Part shown: positions 28,871-38,831 of the stretch, one piece after another
How the letters are laid out: each line of letters opens with the position of its first letter
How positions within the stretch are numbered: position 1 is the first letter of the stretch
NCBI GenBank assembly: GCA_015232565.1
Contig: JADFZK010000001.1
Span: forward strand, 13,160 to 77,159
DNA from: Candidatus Omnitrophota bacterium
GTDB taxonomy: Bacteria; Omnitrophota; Gorgyraeia; Zapsychrales; Fredricksoniimonadaceae
DNA: 64,000 nt
Direction: 5' to 3'
Translations under genes and position numbers: made by a program
The notes under the pieces: generated by a model
The model's database searches: none
Told to the model about the DNA's origin: nothing
The model's input: the letters and a program-made list of their open reading frames with translations, nothing else

Positions 28871-28904
28871 GGGCGGGTTAAACGAACAGAAAGGATGGCC
28901 GGGT

Positions 28905-29648
28905 ATGAAGACCAAGATCTATAGTTTGGGCTGGGTGCCGGATATACCGGATACCAGGGATTTATACTATAGCGCTATTCGTGCCCGGGTTAAGCTGGCG
29001 CCGGCGGTGGACTTGCGGGCGGGTTGTTCGGTGGTGGAAGATCAGGGCTCGTTGGGTAGCTGTACGGCCCAGGCCCTGGCCGGGAACCTGGAATTCCTGG
29101 ATCTTTTGGCCGACGGGGCTTACGAAGATGTGAGCCGGCTGTTCATTTATTATAATGAACGGGTACTGCAGGGAGATACCACGGTGGACTCCGGCGCTTC
29201 GTTGCGTAACGGGATCAAGACCCTGGCCAAAGCCGGTGCGTGCGCGGAGAGCTTGTGGCCATATAAAATAGAGAAATTCGCTGATAAACCGGCGGCACGC
29301 TGTTATACTGAGGCCCAAAATCATCGGATCGTTTCTTATCACCGGATCACGACTGTGGAAGAAATGCTGGCCTGCCTGTCGGAAGGCTTTCCTTTTGTTT
29401 TTGGTTTTGCGGTCTATGAAAGCCTGCAAACGCCGCAGGTGGCGAAAACCGGCAAAGTGCCAATGCCCAAAAAGACCGAACGCATGCTGGGCGGGCACGC
29501 GGTGCTGGCAGTGGGTTATAACCAGAAAGATAAGCGCTTTCTGGTGCGTAACTCCTGGGGTGCAAAGTGGGGTATGAGCGGGTATTTCACCATGCCGTTC
29601 GCTTATCTGGAAACCCTGGCGGCGGATTTTTGGACGATACGGAAATAA
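28905..29648 (+). CDS. Papain-like C1 family cysteine peptidase
   Basis: DQGSLGSCTAQA, SRLFIYYNER, GGHAVLAVGY, RNSWGAKWG; no signal peptide. Confidence 0.92.
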   Translation: MKTKIYSLGWVPDIPDTRDLYYSAIRARVKLAPAVDLRAGCSVVEDQGSLGSCTAQALAGNLEFLDLLADGAYEDVSRLFIYYNERVLQGDTTVDSGASLRNGIKTLAKAGACAESLWPYKIEKFADKPAARCYTEAQNHRIVSYHRITTVEEMLACLSEGFPFVFGFAVYESLQTPQVAKTGKVPMPKKTERMLGGHAVLAVGYNQKDKRFLVRNSWGAKWGMSGYFTMPFAYLETLAADFWTIRK

Positions 29649-29687
29649 GGAAAGAAATTCTTTGTAAAGGGATCTTTGAGGAGAGTC

Positions 29688-30671
29688 ATGGCAGATAAGA
29701 AGAAAGTACTTATTACGGGTGCTGGCGGGTTTATTGGCAGCCATTTGGTCGAACTTTGCGTTAGCCGGGGCATGAAGGTTAAAGCGTTTGTTCGTTATAA
29801 TTCCCGCAATCACTGGGGATGGCTGGAGCAAAGCCCCTGTTTAAAAGATATTGAAGTGGTGGCCGGAGATATTCGGGATTATGATTCTGTCTTTTATGCG
29901 ATGAAAGGTTGTGCTTCGGTCTTTCATCTGGCGGCTCTCATTGGCATCCCTTATTCGTATGTTTCTCCACAGGCTTATATTAAAACCAACGTTGACGGCA
30001 CTTACAATATTCTCCAGGCGGCAAAAGAGTTGGCGCTTAAGAATGTGGTAGTGACCTCGACTAGCGAGACCTACGGGACCGCGCAGTACGTTCCGATCGA
30101 TGAGAAGCATCCGGCGGTCGGGCAGTCGCCTTATTCGGCCAGCAAGATTGCGGCCGATCAGCTGGCTATCAGTTACTACCGCTCTTTCGGGTTACCGGTG
30201 CGGATCGTGCGTCCTTTTAATACGTACGGCCCAAGGCAATCGGCGCGGGCGGTGATACCGACGATCATTTCGCAGGTGCTTTCCGGCGCCCGGGAATTAA
30301 AATTGGGCAATACCGCGCCAACCAGGGATTTTACTTTTGTTAAAGATACGGCGCTGGGTTTTGTTGAAGTGTCTTTGGCCAAAAGCCTTGTAGGTGAGGC
30401 GGTAAATTTGGGAACCGGTACGGAGATTTCGGTTAATGATCTTGCGCTTAAGATCGCCGGTTTATTGGGTAAGAAGGTTAAGATAGCTTCTGAGGCCCAG
30501 CGCTTGCGCGGGGTCAAAACTGAAGTCGAACGCTTATGTTCTGATCATACCAAGGTTACGGCGCATACTGGCTGGGTACCGCGGTATGACCTTGATAAGG
30601 GCCTTAAAGAATCCATTCTTTGGATGCAGAAGAATCTGCAGTGTTATAAGGCTGATCTTTATAATGTATAG
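29688..30671 (+). CDS. legB: NDP-GlcNAc 4,6-dehydratase (LegB-type)
   Basis: VRYNSRNHWGWL, HLAALIGIPYSY, TSTSETYGTAQYVPIDEKHP..GQSPYSASK, RPFNTYGPRQSARAVIP. Confidence 0.88.
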   Translation: MADKKKVLITGAGGFIGSHLVELCVSRGMKVKAFVRYNSRNHWGWLEQSPCLKDIEVVAGDIRDYDSVFYAMKGCASVFHLAALIGIPYSYVSPQAYIKTNVDGTYNILQAAKELALKNVVVTSTSETYGTAQYVPIDEKHPAVGQSPYSASKIAADQLAISYYRSFGLPVRIVRPFNTYGPRQSARAVIPTIISQVLSGARELKLGNTAPTRDFTFVKDTALGFVEVSLAKSLVGEAVNLGTGTEISVNDLALKIAGLLGKKVKIASEAQRLRGVKTEVERLCSDHTKVTAHTGWVPRYDLDKGLKESILWMQKNLQCYKADLYNV

Positions 30672-30686
30672 TTTGTTGTGGTTTAT

Positions 30687-31856
30687 ATGAAGCCAGGCGC
30701 GATCGACAGGTGTATTGCATTTATCAAGTCACAATATGAGGGCGAAGAGCCCGTTGCATTGCATGCTCCGCGTTTTCTGGGAAACGAGAAAAAGTATCTG
30801 TCCGATTGTATAGATTCGACTTTTGTTTCCAGTGTCGGGAAATATGTTGAGCGATTCGAAAAGCAGTGCGCTGATTATTGTGGTGCAAAATATGCGGTTG
30901 CTGTTGTTAATGGTACTGCGGCGCTGCATATGGCGCTTGTGCTGAAGGGGATCGGCCCTGGGGATGGGGTAATCACTCAGGCGCTCAGTTTTGTGGCTAC
31001 GGCAAACGCTATTCACTATACTGGCGCCAGTCCTGTTTTTGTTGATGTTGACCGTGATACCTTGAGCCTTTCTCCGGCCAAGCTGGAAGATTTTCTGAAG
31101 ACCGAATCCGTTCTTCGGGATGGAGCCAGGATTCATAAGGCCAGCGGGTTGCGTTTGCGGTCCTGTATTGTTATGCATACTTTTGGCCATCCAGGGCGTA
31201 TGCGGGAATTGCTCCGGGTTTGTGAACATTTTGGGTTGGTGCTTATTGAAGATGCGGCGGAAGGAATGGGGAGTTTTCTGGATGGCCGGCATCTAGGCAC
31301 ATTCGCTCCGATCGGGGCTTTAAGCTTTAATGGCAACAAGATTATTACGACCGGCGGCGGCGGGATGCTTCTTTTTGATGATGAGGCGCTGGCGCGTAAG
31401 GCCAGGCATTTAACGACTACCGCCAAAGTGCCGCATTCCTGGGAATATGATCATGATGCGGCAGGCTATAATTACCGGATGCCGAATTTGAACGCGGCTT
31501 TGGGCCTGGCGCAGATCGAACAGTTACCGGGTTTCCTGGCCAGTAAAAGAGCATTGGCCGCAGCGTATTCAAAGTTCTTTTATGATGAGGGTATTGCGTT
31601 CATTAGTGAGCCGGCTGGCGCCGTAGCGAATTATTGGCTGAATGCCATCGCCCTTGGCGATCGCCGGGAAAGAGATACTTTCCTGGAGAAGACTAATGCT
31701 GCGGGTGTGATGACGCGTCCGTTGTGGAAATTGCTGGATGGCCTGCCGCCGTATCAGCAGTGCCCCAGGGCCAATCTGGATAATGCCCGTTGGCTGGAAG
31801 ACCGGGTGGTGAATATTCCCAGTAGCGTAACGAGGTGGAGAGATGGAAAGACTTAA
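30687..31856 (+). CDS. legC: LegC family aminotransferase
   Basis: LHAPRFLGNEKKY, STFVSSVGKYV, SFNGNKIITTGGGG, HLTTTAK, GYNYRMPNLNAALG. Confidence 0.9.
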   Translation: MKPGAIDRCIAFIKSQYEGEEPVALHAPRFLGNEKKYLSDCIDSTFVSSVGKYVERFEKQCADYCGAKYAVAVVNGTAALHMALVLKGIGPGDGVITQALSFVATANAIHYTGASPVFVDVDRDTLSLSPAKLEDFLKTESVLRDGARIHKASGLRLRSCIVMHTFGHPGRMRELLRVCEHFGLVLIEDAAEGMGSFLDGRHLGTFAPIGALSFNGNKIITTGGGGMLLFDDEALARKARHLTTTAKVPHSWEYDHDAAGYNYRMPNLNAALGLAQIEQLPGFLASKRALAAAYSKFFYDEGIAFISEPAGAVANYWLNAIALGDRRERDTFLEKTNAAGVMTRPLWKLLDGLPPYQQCPRANLDNARWLEDRVVNIPSSVTRWRDGKT

Positions 31857-32901
31857 GAAAATACTGATCCATCCTGATAGCACGATCAAGCAGGCGCTCA
31901 AGCAGATGGACGCTATGGGTGAGAAAACACTGATCACGGTCGACGCGAATAATTACATTCTGGGGACTACTACCGACGGTGATATCCGCCGCTGGGTCCT
32001 TAAGGGTAAAGGTATCAATGAAGGCCTGGCGAAGGTGATGAACTCTCAGCCCCTGACGCTGGTGGAGGGTTATAATAAAGAGACGGCCAAAAAGATCATG
32101 TTGCGCAAACAGATCGAGTGCCTGCCGGTCGTGGATAAGGTTGGCAGGGTTACCGGTTGTCTTTGGTGGATGGATCTTTTTGAGACCAAGGCGAAGATCA
32201 AGAATGACGTTAGACTGCCGGTGGTCATTATGGCTGGCGGGGAAGGTTCGCGGCTTCATCCTTTTACCAAGATCCTGCCCAAGCCGCTGATGCCGATCGG
32301 AGATAAACCCATTATTGAAGTAATTGTCGACCGGTTCTTTGAACACGGTTGCCAGGATTTTTATTTGTCCTTGAATTATAAATCAAATCTTATTAAGGCG
32401 TATTTCAGCGATTTTGAGCATTTATACAACATTAACTATATTTTGGAGAGCAAGCCGCTGGGGACAGCGGGCAGTCTGCACCTGTTGCGCGACAAGATCA
32501 AGACGACATTCTTTGTGAGTAATTGTGATATTCTTATTGAGGCGGACTACGCTGATATGTTGAAATTTCATCGTAGTAATAAGAACAAGATCACCATGGT
32601 GAGTTCCATGAAGAATTTCACCATTCCGTATGGCGTGTGTGAGATACATAACGGCGGGACGCTCAAGAGTATTCAGGAGAAGCCGGAACATGATTTTCTG
32701 GTGAACACCGGCATGTATATTCTGGAGCCGGGAGTCCTTAAGGATATTCCGGCGGACCGGTTTTATCACATTACGGACCTGATCAATGATTATTTGAAGA
32801 AGGGTGAGCAGGTAGGCGTTTACCCTGTTTCCGAGAAGGCCTGGCTGGATATTGGGCAATTCGAGGAGTTGCAGGAAACTTTGAAGAAATTTGAGGTATA
32901 G
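31843..32901 (+). CDS. CBS-domain sugar-phosphate nucleotidyltransferase (PtmE-like)
   Basis: TDGDIRR CBS pair; IMAGGEGSRLHPFTKILPKPL; PLGTAGSL; WLDIG. Confidence 0.88.
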   Translation: MERLKKILIHPDSTIKQALKQMDAMGEKTLITVDANNYILGTTTDGDIRRWVLKGKGINEGLAKVMNSQPLTLVEGYNKETAKKIMLRKQIECLPVVDKVGRVTGCLWWMDLFETKAKIKNDVRLPVVIMAGGEGSRLHPFTKILPKPLMPIGDKPIIEVIVDRFFEHGCQDFYLSLNYKSNLIKAYFSDFEHLYNINYILESKPLGTAGSLHLLRDKIKTTFFVSNCDILIEADYADMLKFHRSNKNKITMVSSMKNFTIPYGVCEIHNGGTLKSIQEKPEHDFLVNTGMYILEPGVLKDIPADRFYHITDLINDYLKKGEQVGVYPVSEKAWLDIGQFEELQETLKKFEV

Positions 32902-34049
32902 TGCGGATGGAGAGTCAAAAGGGTTGTTATCTTTGCGGGCACCGGAGGTTTCGTGTTGTGTTGGATCGTCCGGCTGTTGTGCCTTGGACAAGTTCGGGGG
33001 ATAAAGCCAGGGGACGCCGTCGGTTTCCCTGCATTCTTCGGCAGTGCCTTGATTGCGGACATGTTTACCAACCTGTTTCTTTGTCATTGCGAAGGGAATT
33101 GGCTGCAATTTATTCCTCGGACCGAGCCCAAATGTCTACGACTATGGGCAGGGGCTGTTGGGGCAAGGCGCGGTCGGATGTATTCCTGAAGGATTTTTTT
33201 AGAGTGGTGAACTTCTTGCGTTATGACTCCATTCTTGAGATAGGCTGCGGTGACGGATATCTTTTGCGGGAGTTAAAGAAGATGGGAGGGAGGGGGTTGG
33301 CTGGTTTGGAGCCCTCTTTACCTAGTGATTCTTGCCGAAATGGGATCCGGTTGATAAAAGGGTTTGCGTCTGAAGGGGTTCGGTTACCACGACGTTATGA
33401 GTTTCTATTCTCGGCGTATGTGATGGAGCATGTGGAGAATATTCGGGGTTTTATGAGGTTTTGTCTCGCTAACTTAAAGCCTGATGGAGAGATGTATTTC
33501 ATTGTGCCTAATGCACTCAAGGCGATGAAGGATGGGGATTTGTCTCTGTTTACCCATCAGCATATTCAATATTTTATGCCGTCAACGGTGCGCCGTTTGA
33601 TGGAATCGTACGGGTTTGAGGTGTTGTCATTACGTGAGATTGCTGACGATGTTGAGGTGCTAGGGCGCTGGACAGGCCGTTTGGTGGGTAAGCTTCCAAT
33701 TGCAGGTAAGTTTGGTTACGAGGCCCGGTTGCGCAAGGTAATGAAGAGGGCTTTGCGTGTTTTGCGCCGCCCCCCAGTGATTGTCCACGGTATCAGTAAT
33801 TCGTTAAATAATCTTCTGGGTTGGCAGTCTGGGAGTTTTGACATGGCGCTGGTTGACAATGATCCAACCAAGGAGGGAAAGGTCTTTTTTGGTAAGACAG
33901 CTGTTCCTACGGCGAAGATTTCATTGGCCGGTTATCGGGGAGTGTTGATTATTCCTAATACTTATGCGGCAGCGATCCGCCATGAATATGAAGTTCGCTC
34001 TTTTCAGGGGGTTATTTCGGATTTGATTTTGGAGGATCATGAAGGTTAA
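32901..34049 (+). CDS. Zn-ribbon class I SAM methyltransferase
   Basis: CYLCG...CLDCG; LEIGCGDG; VMEHV; HQHIQYF. Confidence 0.8.
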   Translation: MRMESQKGCYLCGHRRFRVVLDRPAVVPWTSSGDKARGRRRFPCILRQCLDCGHVYQPVSLSLRRELAAIYSSDRAQMSTTMGRGCWGKARSDVFLKDFFRVVNFLRYDSILEIGCGDGYLLRELKKMGGRGLAGLEPSLPSDSCRNGIRLIKGFASEGVRLPRRYEFLFSAYVMEHVENIRGFMRFCLANLKPDGEMYFIVPNALKAMKDGDLSLFTHQHIQYFMPSTVRRLMESYGFEVLSLREIADDVEVLGRWTGRLVGKLPIAGKFGYEARLRKVMKRALRVLRRPPVIVHGISNSLNNLLGWQSGSFDMALVDNDPTKEGKVFFGKTAVPTAKISLAGYRGVLIIPNTYAAAIRHEYEVRSFQGVISDLILEDHEG

Positions 34050-34749
34050 GACTGTCTTATGTCCTCGTTTTTCGGAAGTGTCCCGTAGTTTCTTCAATCG
34101 GGATTGTCAGGTTCATACAGCGTGGACTGATGGCGCCTGTGCGCCGCGTGAGATCTTGAAAGCAGCTGAGGACCTTGGCTTGGACACGTTGGCGTTTACA
34201 GAGCACATTCGTTCCGAGAGCGTTTATTTCAAGGATTTCTTTCGCGAGATTGAAGGCCTCCGTAAAGGGTTAGTAATGAAGGTTTTTATCGGAGTGGAGA
34301 CCAAGGTTATAGATGAGGAGGGACAGTTGGATATTTCTTCGGCAGATTATGCCATGGCGGAAATTGTCCTGGGGAGTGTCCATCGTATTCCGCATAATGG
34401 CGGTTTTTATCATCCTCGTGATCTCGGACTTGAGGTGACGCTTGAAGAGGAATTCCGCTATTTAATGGCCATGTTGCGTGGCGGTCGGGTTGATGTGCTG
34501 GCTCATCCGTTTGGGATGTCACTAAGAATGTTTAATGTTTTCTCGACAGATCATTTAGAAGAGGTTATTCGAACGGCGGCTTTGACTGGCGTTGCTTTTG
34601 AGTTCAATTCCAAGTATGCCAGTCCAGTATTCTTGAAGGAAGCGGTTCGTTTTTGTCGCAAACATGATCCTTTGGTGTCGCTTGGTTCGGATGTTCATAA
34701 GATTGAGGATCTTGGCCGTTGCCGTGGGATTCTGGAAGGGTTGATATGA
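34039..34749 (+). CDS. PHP-domain phosphoesterase
   Basis: QVHTAWTDG, FTEH, GVE, GSVH, LAHP, GSDVH. Confidence 0.85.
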   Translation: MKVKTVLCPRFSEVSRSFFNRDCQVHTAWTDGACAPREILKAAEDLGLDTLAFTEHIRSESVYFKDFFREIEGLRKGLVMKVFIGVETKVIDEEGQLDISSADYAMAEIVLGSVHRIPHNGGFYHPRDLGLEVTLEEEFRYLMAMLRGGRVDVLAHPFGMSLRMFNVFSTDHLEEVIRTAALTGVAFEFNSKYASPVFLKEAVRFCRKHDPLVSLGSDVHKIEDLGRCRGILEGLI

Positions 34750-35744
34750 TAAATGTTTTGGTGACTGGGGTTGGGTCTTTGATAGGTCAGGGCCTTTTGC
34801 GTGCGTTGAAGAGTTCAGCGTTATCCTGTTGTATTACCGGTACGGATTATTTTGCCCATGCTGTTGGACTTTACTGGGTCGATCGGGGTTATATATTACC
34901 GGACTTGTTGGCGCCTGGGGTTACCGGCAGGGCATGGTTGGCCGAGATAGTTAGGATCATTGGGGAGAGGCGTATTGATGTTGTTCTTGTTGGGCTGGAT
35001 TTTGAGGTTGCGATCTTTGCGGAGAACAGACGCATTATTGAAGAGCAGACCGGGGCAAAGGTTATTGTTGCTACTTCAGAGGCTGTCGCGATTTGCAAAG
35101 ATAAATATCGCACTGCGCTGTTCTTGCAGGAGAGTGGATTCTTGTTCCCGGATTCGTGTTTGCCGCAGGATATAGAGACTTTCTTGGAGCGTCGTGCATT
35201 TCCGTTGGTGGTCAAACCACGTGCGGGGTTCCGTTCTCGGGATCTATTTGTAGTAAGAGATCGGAAGGAACTGGCTGAGGCAATGTCCCGTTGTCCAGAT
35301 CCCGTTGTTCAGGAGCAGGTTGGTGTTTGTGAGGCAGAATATACGTGCGGTACTGTTTGTCAGGGAGGAGAAAGTCTGAGTGTCATTGCGCTTCGGCGCG
35401 ACCTGAAGGATGGCAATACGATCCGCGCCGTTTTTGATGAACAGTGTTTGGGCCTTCATGAATTTGTTCGGAGGGCCGGATTGGCGCTTAGGTCTGATGG
35501 GCCGTTTAACTTTCAGCTGAGGCTTACAGAGCGTGGGCCGGTGGTTTTTGAGATTAATCCCCGTTTCTCGGGGACGACATATATGAGGACGTTCTTCGGT
35601 GTTAATGAAGTTGAGGTGTTGATCAATAAAGTCCATTTTGGCAAGGATCCGGTACCGGTGGAATGGAGTTCGGGAGTAGCGTTAAGGTATTATGATGACC
35701 AGTTTATCCCGATGGATCAATTTCGAAAGTGGTCGATGACGTGA
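34746..35744 (+). CDS. ATP-grasp domain protein
   Basis: ICKDKY, PLVVKPRAGFRS, VVQE, EYTC, FEINPRFSGT. Confidence 0.85.
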   Translation: MINVLVTGVGSLIGQGLLRALKSSALSCCITGTDYFAHAVGLYWVDRGYILPDLLAPGVTGRAWLAEIVRIIGERRIDVVLVGLDFEVAIFAENRRIIEEQTGAKVIVATSEAVAICKDKYRTALFLQESGFLFPDSCLPQDIETFLERRAFPLVVKPRAGFRSRDLFVVRDRKELAEAMSRCPDPVVQEQVGVCEAEYTCGTVCQGGESLSVIALRRDLKDGNTIRAVFDEQCLGLHEFVRRAGLALRSDGPFNFQLRLTERGPVVFEINPRFSGTTYMRTFFGVNEVEVLINKVHFGKDPVPVEWSSGVALRYYDDQFIPMDQFRKWSMT

Positions 35745-36610
35745 AAGTGCTAGTAACCGGAGGCAGTGGTTTTATCGGCAGTGCGGTTGTGAACCGCCTT
35801 AAGGCGGAGCATGCAGTGCATGTTCTTTCCTCTCGGCGTAAGAGTGTAGTTATGACACACGAGTGTGATCTTTTATCTGCCGCGTCGGTGAAGTCCTTTG
35901 TCGATCATCTGGCTGGTGACGGATTTGACGCGCTGATTCATTTGGCGGCCATTACTTGTTCGGCTGAGAATCGGCTAAAGATTTCTTTGCTTGATGAGAA
36001 TAACATTATTACGGCTAATGTCATTGAGATCGCACGTGCTCTGCGGCCCAAAATGTTCATTCATGCCTCAAGTATGGCGGTATTTCCGAATTGCAACGGG
36101 ATTTATACAGAGGATAGCTTGATTAACCCGGCCGCCAACGGGGATGGGCTTTACGGGTTGGCAAAGTTTAACGCAGAGGTGATGCTGGACTTCTTTCTTG
36201 CTGCGCAGATGCCGGTAACTCATTTGCGGTTGAGCCAGGTTTATGGTCCCGGAATGGTCCGGGATCGCATCATTCCGTCAATGATGCGTGAATGGCGAGA
36301 GAAAGGGGCGATTACGGTGTACGGAAACGGGGAGCGCGTGACGAATTTCATTCATGTTCGGGATGTGGTTGAAGCGTTTGTGCGAGTCTTGGCCGCTCCA
36401 AAACAAGGGGTGTTCAATATTGCAGCTAGCCGGCATTGGTCTTTCTTTGAATTGGCACAGATGATCATTGGTTCAATGGGAAGTAAAGAGATGAGGATAA
36501 TATTGGAGCCAAAAGGATCGCGAGTTCAGCAGCGGATCGATGCTACGCGTTTTAACGCAACGTATGGTTTCTCGGCGGATTGTGTTGACTTTGCGGGTAT
36601 CGAGGCATGA
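35741..36610 (+). CDS. NAD-dependent epimerase/dehydratase
   Basis: VTGGSGFIGS, HLAA, YGLAK, VYGPG, NFIHVRDV. Confidence 0.85.
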   Translation: MKVLVTGGSGFIGSAVVNRLKAEHAVHVLSSRRKSVVMTHECDLLSAASVKSFVDHLAGDGFDALIHLAAITCSAENRLKISLLDENNIITANVIEIARALRPKMFIHASSMAVFPNCNGIYTEDSLINPAANGDGLYGLAKFNAEVMLDFFLAAQMPVTHLRLSQVYGPGMVRDRIIPSMMREWREKGAITVYGNGERVTNFIHVRDVVEAFVRVLAAPKQGVFNIAASRHWSFFELAQMIIGSMGSKEMRIILEPKGSRVQQRIDATRFNATYGFSADCVDFAGIEA

Positions 36611-37659
36611 AAAGCACACCGGCAGCTCTCTATGATCGGATCAAGCGCGGTCCTGGGGTGTTCATTATAGGTGAAGCAGGAGTGAATCATAATGGTGACC
36701 TTGGTATGGCTTGCCGATTGATTGATGCGGCGGCAGCGGCAGGATGTGACGCTGTTAAGTTCCAGACATTTAAAACGGAGAGGGTCATTTCTACGCGAGC
36801 CCCAAAGGCCAGGTATCAGAAGGAAGCAACGGGTATCGGCGAGTCGCAGTTTGAGATGGTCAAAAGGCTTGAGTTAGATGCCGCGGCGCATCGTAAGTTG
36901 TTGATCCACTGCCGCAAGCGCGGGATCCTTTTCTTGTCTACGCCCTTCGATGAGGAGAGTGCGGACATGCTACAGGAGTTGGGGGTGCCTCTCTTTAAGA
37001 TACCGTCGGGTGAGATTACTAATATGCCGCTGTTGCGCCATATTTCACTTAAACTTAGGCCGGTCATTCTTTCGACGGGTATGTCGACTCTCGTGGAAGT
37101 TGAAAGTGCGGTGAAGGTGCTGCGCAAGGCGGGTTGTGTGCGGCTGGTCCTGTTGCACTGTGTTACTTCTTATCCATGTCCGATCGAACAGGTGAATCTT
37201 CGGGCCATGACGACATTGGCCAGGGCTTTCAAATGTCCGGTTGGATATTCGGATCATACTCTTGGCCTGGACGCGTCTTTGGCCGCGGTGGCGATGGGGG
37301 CGAGAGTGATCGAGAAGCATTTTACGATGGATATCGGTTTGCCTGGTCCGGATCATCAGGCTTCATTGCCACCGGAAGGGTTGGCTGAACTGGTTGAGCG
37401 TGTTAGGGCTTTGGAGCGGGCTATGGGCGACGGGATTAAACGGGCGGCGACTTGCGAGGTAGAGAATATCATGATCGCACGTAAGAGCGTTGTTGCAGCT
37501 CGGGATATCGCCGTTGGAGAAAAGATTGCTTTGGGGGATGTCGTAATTAAGCGTCCAGGTACCGGGATTGCTCCGGGAGATATCCGAAAGGTTGTCGGCA
37601 GGACGATGTCGCGGGCTCTTGGTCGGGATGAAGTTATTACATGGAAAGACACTCGATGA
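36607..37659 (+). CDS. neuB: Nonulosonate (legionaminate-type) synthase
   Basis: EAGVNHNG, AVKFQTF, KIPSGEITN, LSTGM, GYSDHT, IEKHFT, GPDH, C-terminal SAF domain KRPGTGI. Confidence 0.92.
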   Translation: MKSTPAALYDRIKRGPGVFIIGEAGVNHNGDLGMACRLIDAAAAAGCDAVKFQTFKTERVISTRAPKARYQKEATGIGESQFEMVKRLELDAAAHRKLLIHCRKRGILFLSTPFDEESADMLQELGVPLFKIPSGEITNMPLLRHISLKLRPVILSTGMSTLVEVESAVKVLRKAGCVRLVLLHCVTSYPCPIEQVNLRAMTTLARAFKCPVGYSDHTLGLDASLAAVAMGARVIEKHFTMDIGLPGPDHQASLPPEGLAELVERVRALERAMGDGIKRAATCEVENIMIARKSVVAARDIAVGEKIALGDVVIKRPGTGIAPGDIRKVVGRTMSRALGRDEVITWKDTR

Positions 37660-38831
37660 AAACGCGTAGAATTTGTGTGATCACAGGCTCTCGGGCTGAG
37701 TACGGGCATATGTTGATGTTAATGAAGGCTATTGAGGCTGACCGGGGATTACGGCTTCAGGTTGTGGTCACAGGAATGCATCTTTCTTCGGCTTTTGGGC
37801 ATACATTCCGTGTTATTGAAAAAGACGGGTTTTCTATCGATGCCCGCCTTCCTATTTTGAAGTTCGACAACACGCCGGAGGGCATTTGTCGGTCAATAGG
37901 CTTGGGGACAGCTTTGATCGCTCGGAGTTTGGGGAAGCTTAAGCCCGATATTGTTGTTATTTGTGGTGATCGCTACGAAATGCTGGCCGCGGCCACCGCC
38001 GCTCATGTTCTTGGCATTCCCATTGCTCATTTGCATGGGGGAGAGAATTCGGAGGGGGCGATCGATGAGGCGTTCCGGCATGCGATAACAAAAATGTCCA
38101 GTCTGCATTTTGCTGCTACGGAACCGTATCGCCGGCGGATCATTCAGATGGGTGAGCAGCCGTCGCGGGTTTTTAATTTTGGAGCACCCGGGCAGGATCT
38201 TATCCTTAATACGCCTGTGATGGGGCGGGAGGATTTGGCCAGGGCTTTAGGCTTTGATTTGACGGGTCCAGTTGCTTTGGTCACTTTTCATCCGGTGACG
38301 CTGGAGAAGAATAGCGTTGAAGAACAGGTTAAGGCTGTAACGGTGGCCTTGGTTTCTTCGGGACTGCGCGGTATTATCACGCGCTCGAATGCTGATCAGG
38401 GAGGGGCACGCATCAATGCGCTAATGGAGACATTTTGCCTCCGGCATCCACGCAGATTCCGCCTGTTTTCAAATCTAGGGGCCAAGATATATTTCAATTG
38501 TCTGCGTTATGCCGATCTTTTGGTGGGCAATTCTTCGAGCGGCATTGTGGAGGCTCCGACATTCCGCCTGCCGGTGGTGAATATCGGAGATCGTCAACAG
38601 GCTCGTGTTCGTTCGAGTAATGTAATTGATGTTGCGTGTGAATCTGCGGCCATTAAGAAAGGGATTTCTCAGGCTTTGTCCCCGGCGTTCAAGCGGTCCC
38701 TTAAGGGGATGAGAAATCCTTACGGGTCCGGTTCGGATGGCAAGGTCAGCGAGCGGATCAAGGATGTTCTTAAGAGCGCAGAAATCGGCGGGAAGTTGTT
38801 AAAAAAGAAGTTTTATAACATTAAGTTTTGA
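37656..38831 (+). CDS. neuC: Hydrolysing NDP-N,N'-diacylbacillosamine 2-epimerase
   Basis: TGSRAEYG, TGMHLS, GDRYEM, HLHGGE.SEGAIDE..RHAITK, GNSSSGIVEAP. Confidence 0.92.
   Translation: MKTRRICVITGSRAEYGHMLMLMKAIEADRGLRLQVVVTGMHLSSAFGHTFRVIEKDGFSIDARLPILKFDNTPEGICRSIGLGTALIARSLGKLKPDIVVICGDRYEMLAAATAAHVLGIPIAHLHGGENSEGAIDEAFRHAITKMSSLHFAATEPYRRRIIQMGEQPSRVFNFGAPGQDLILNTPVMGREDLARALGFDLTGPVALVTFHPVTLEKNSVEEQVKAVTVALVSSGLRGIITRSNADQGGARINALMETFCLRHPRRFRLFSNLGAKIYFNCLRYADLLVGNSSSGIVEAPTFRLPVVNIGDRQQARVRSSNVIDVACESAAIKKGISQALSPAFKRSLKGMRNPYGSGSDGKVSERIKDVLKSAEIGGKLLKKKFYNIKF

Noticed and set aside
28962-29831. 289-aa minus-strand ORF
   Set aside because: Antisense to the clear C1 peptidase and legB.
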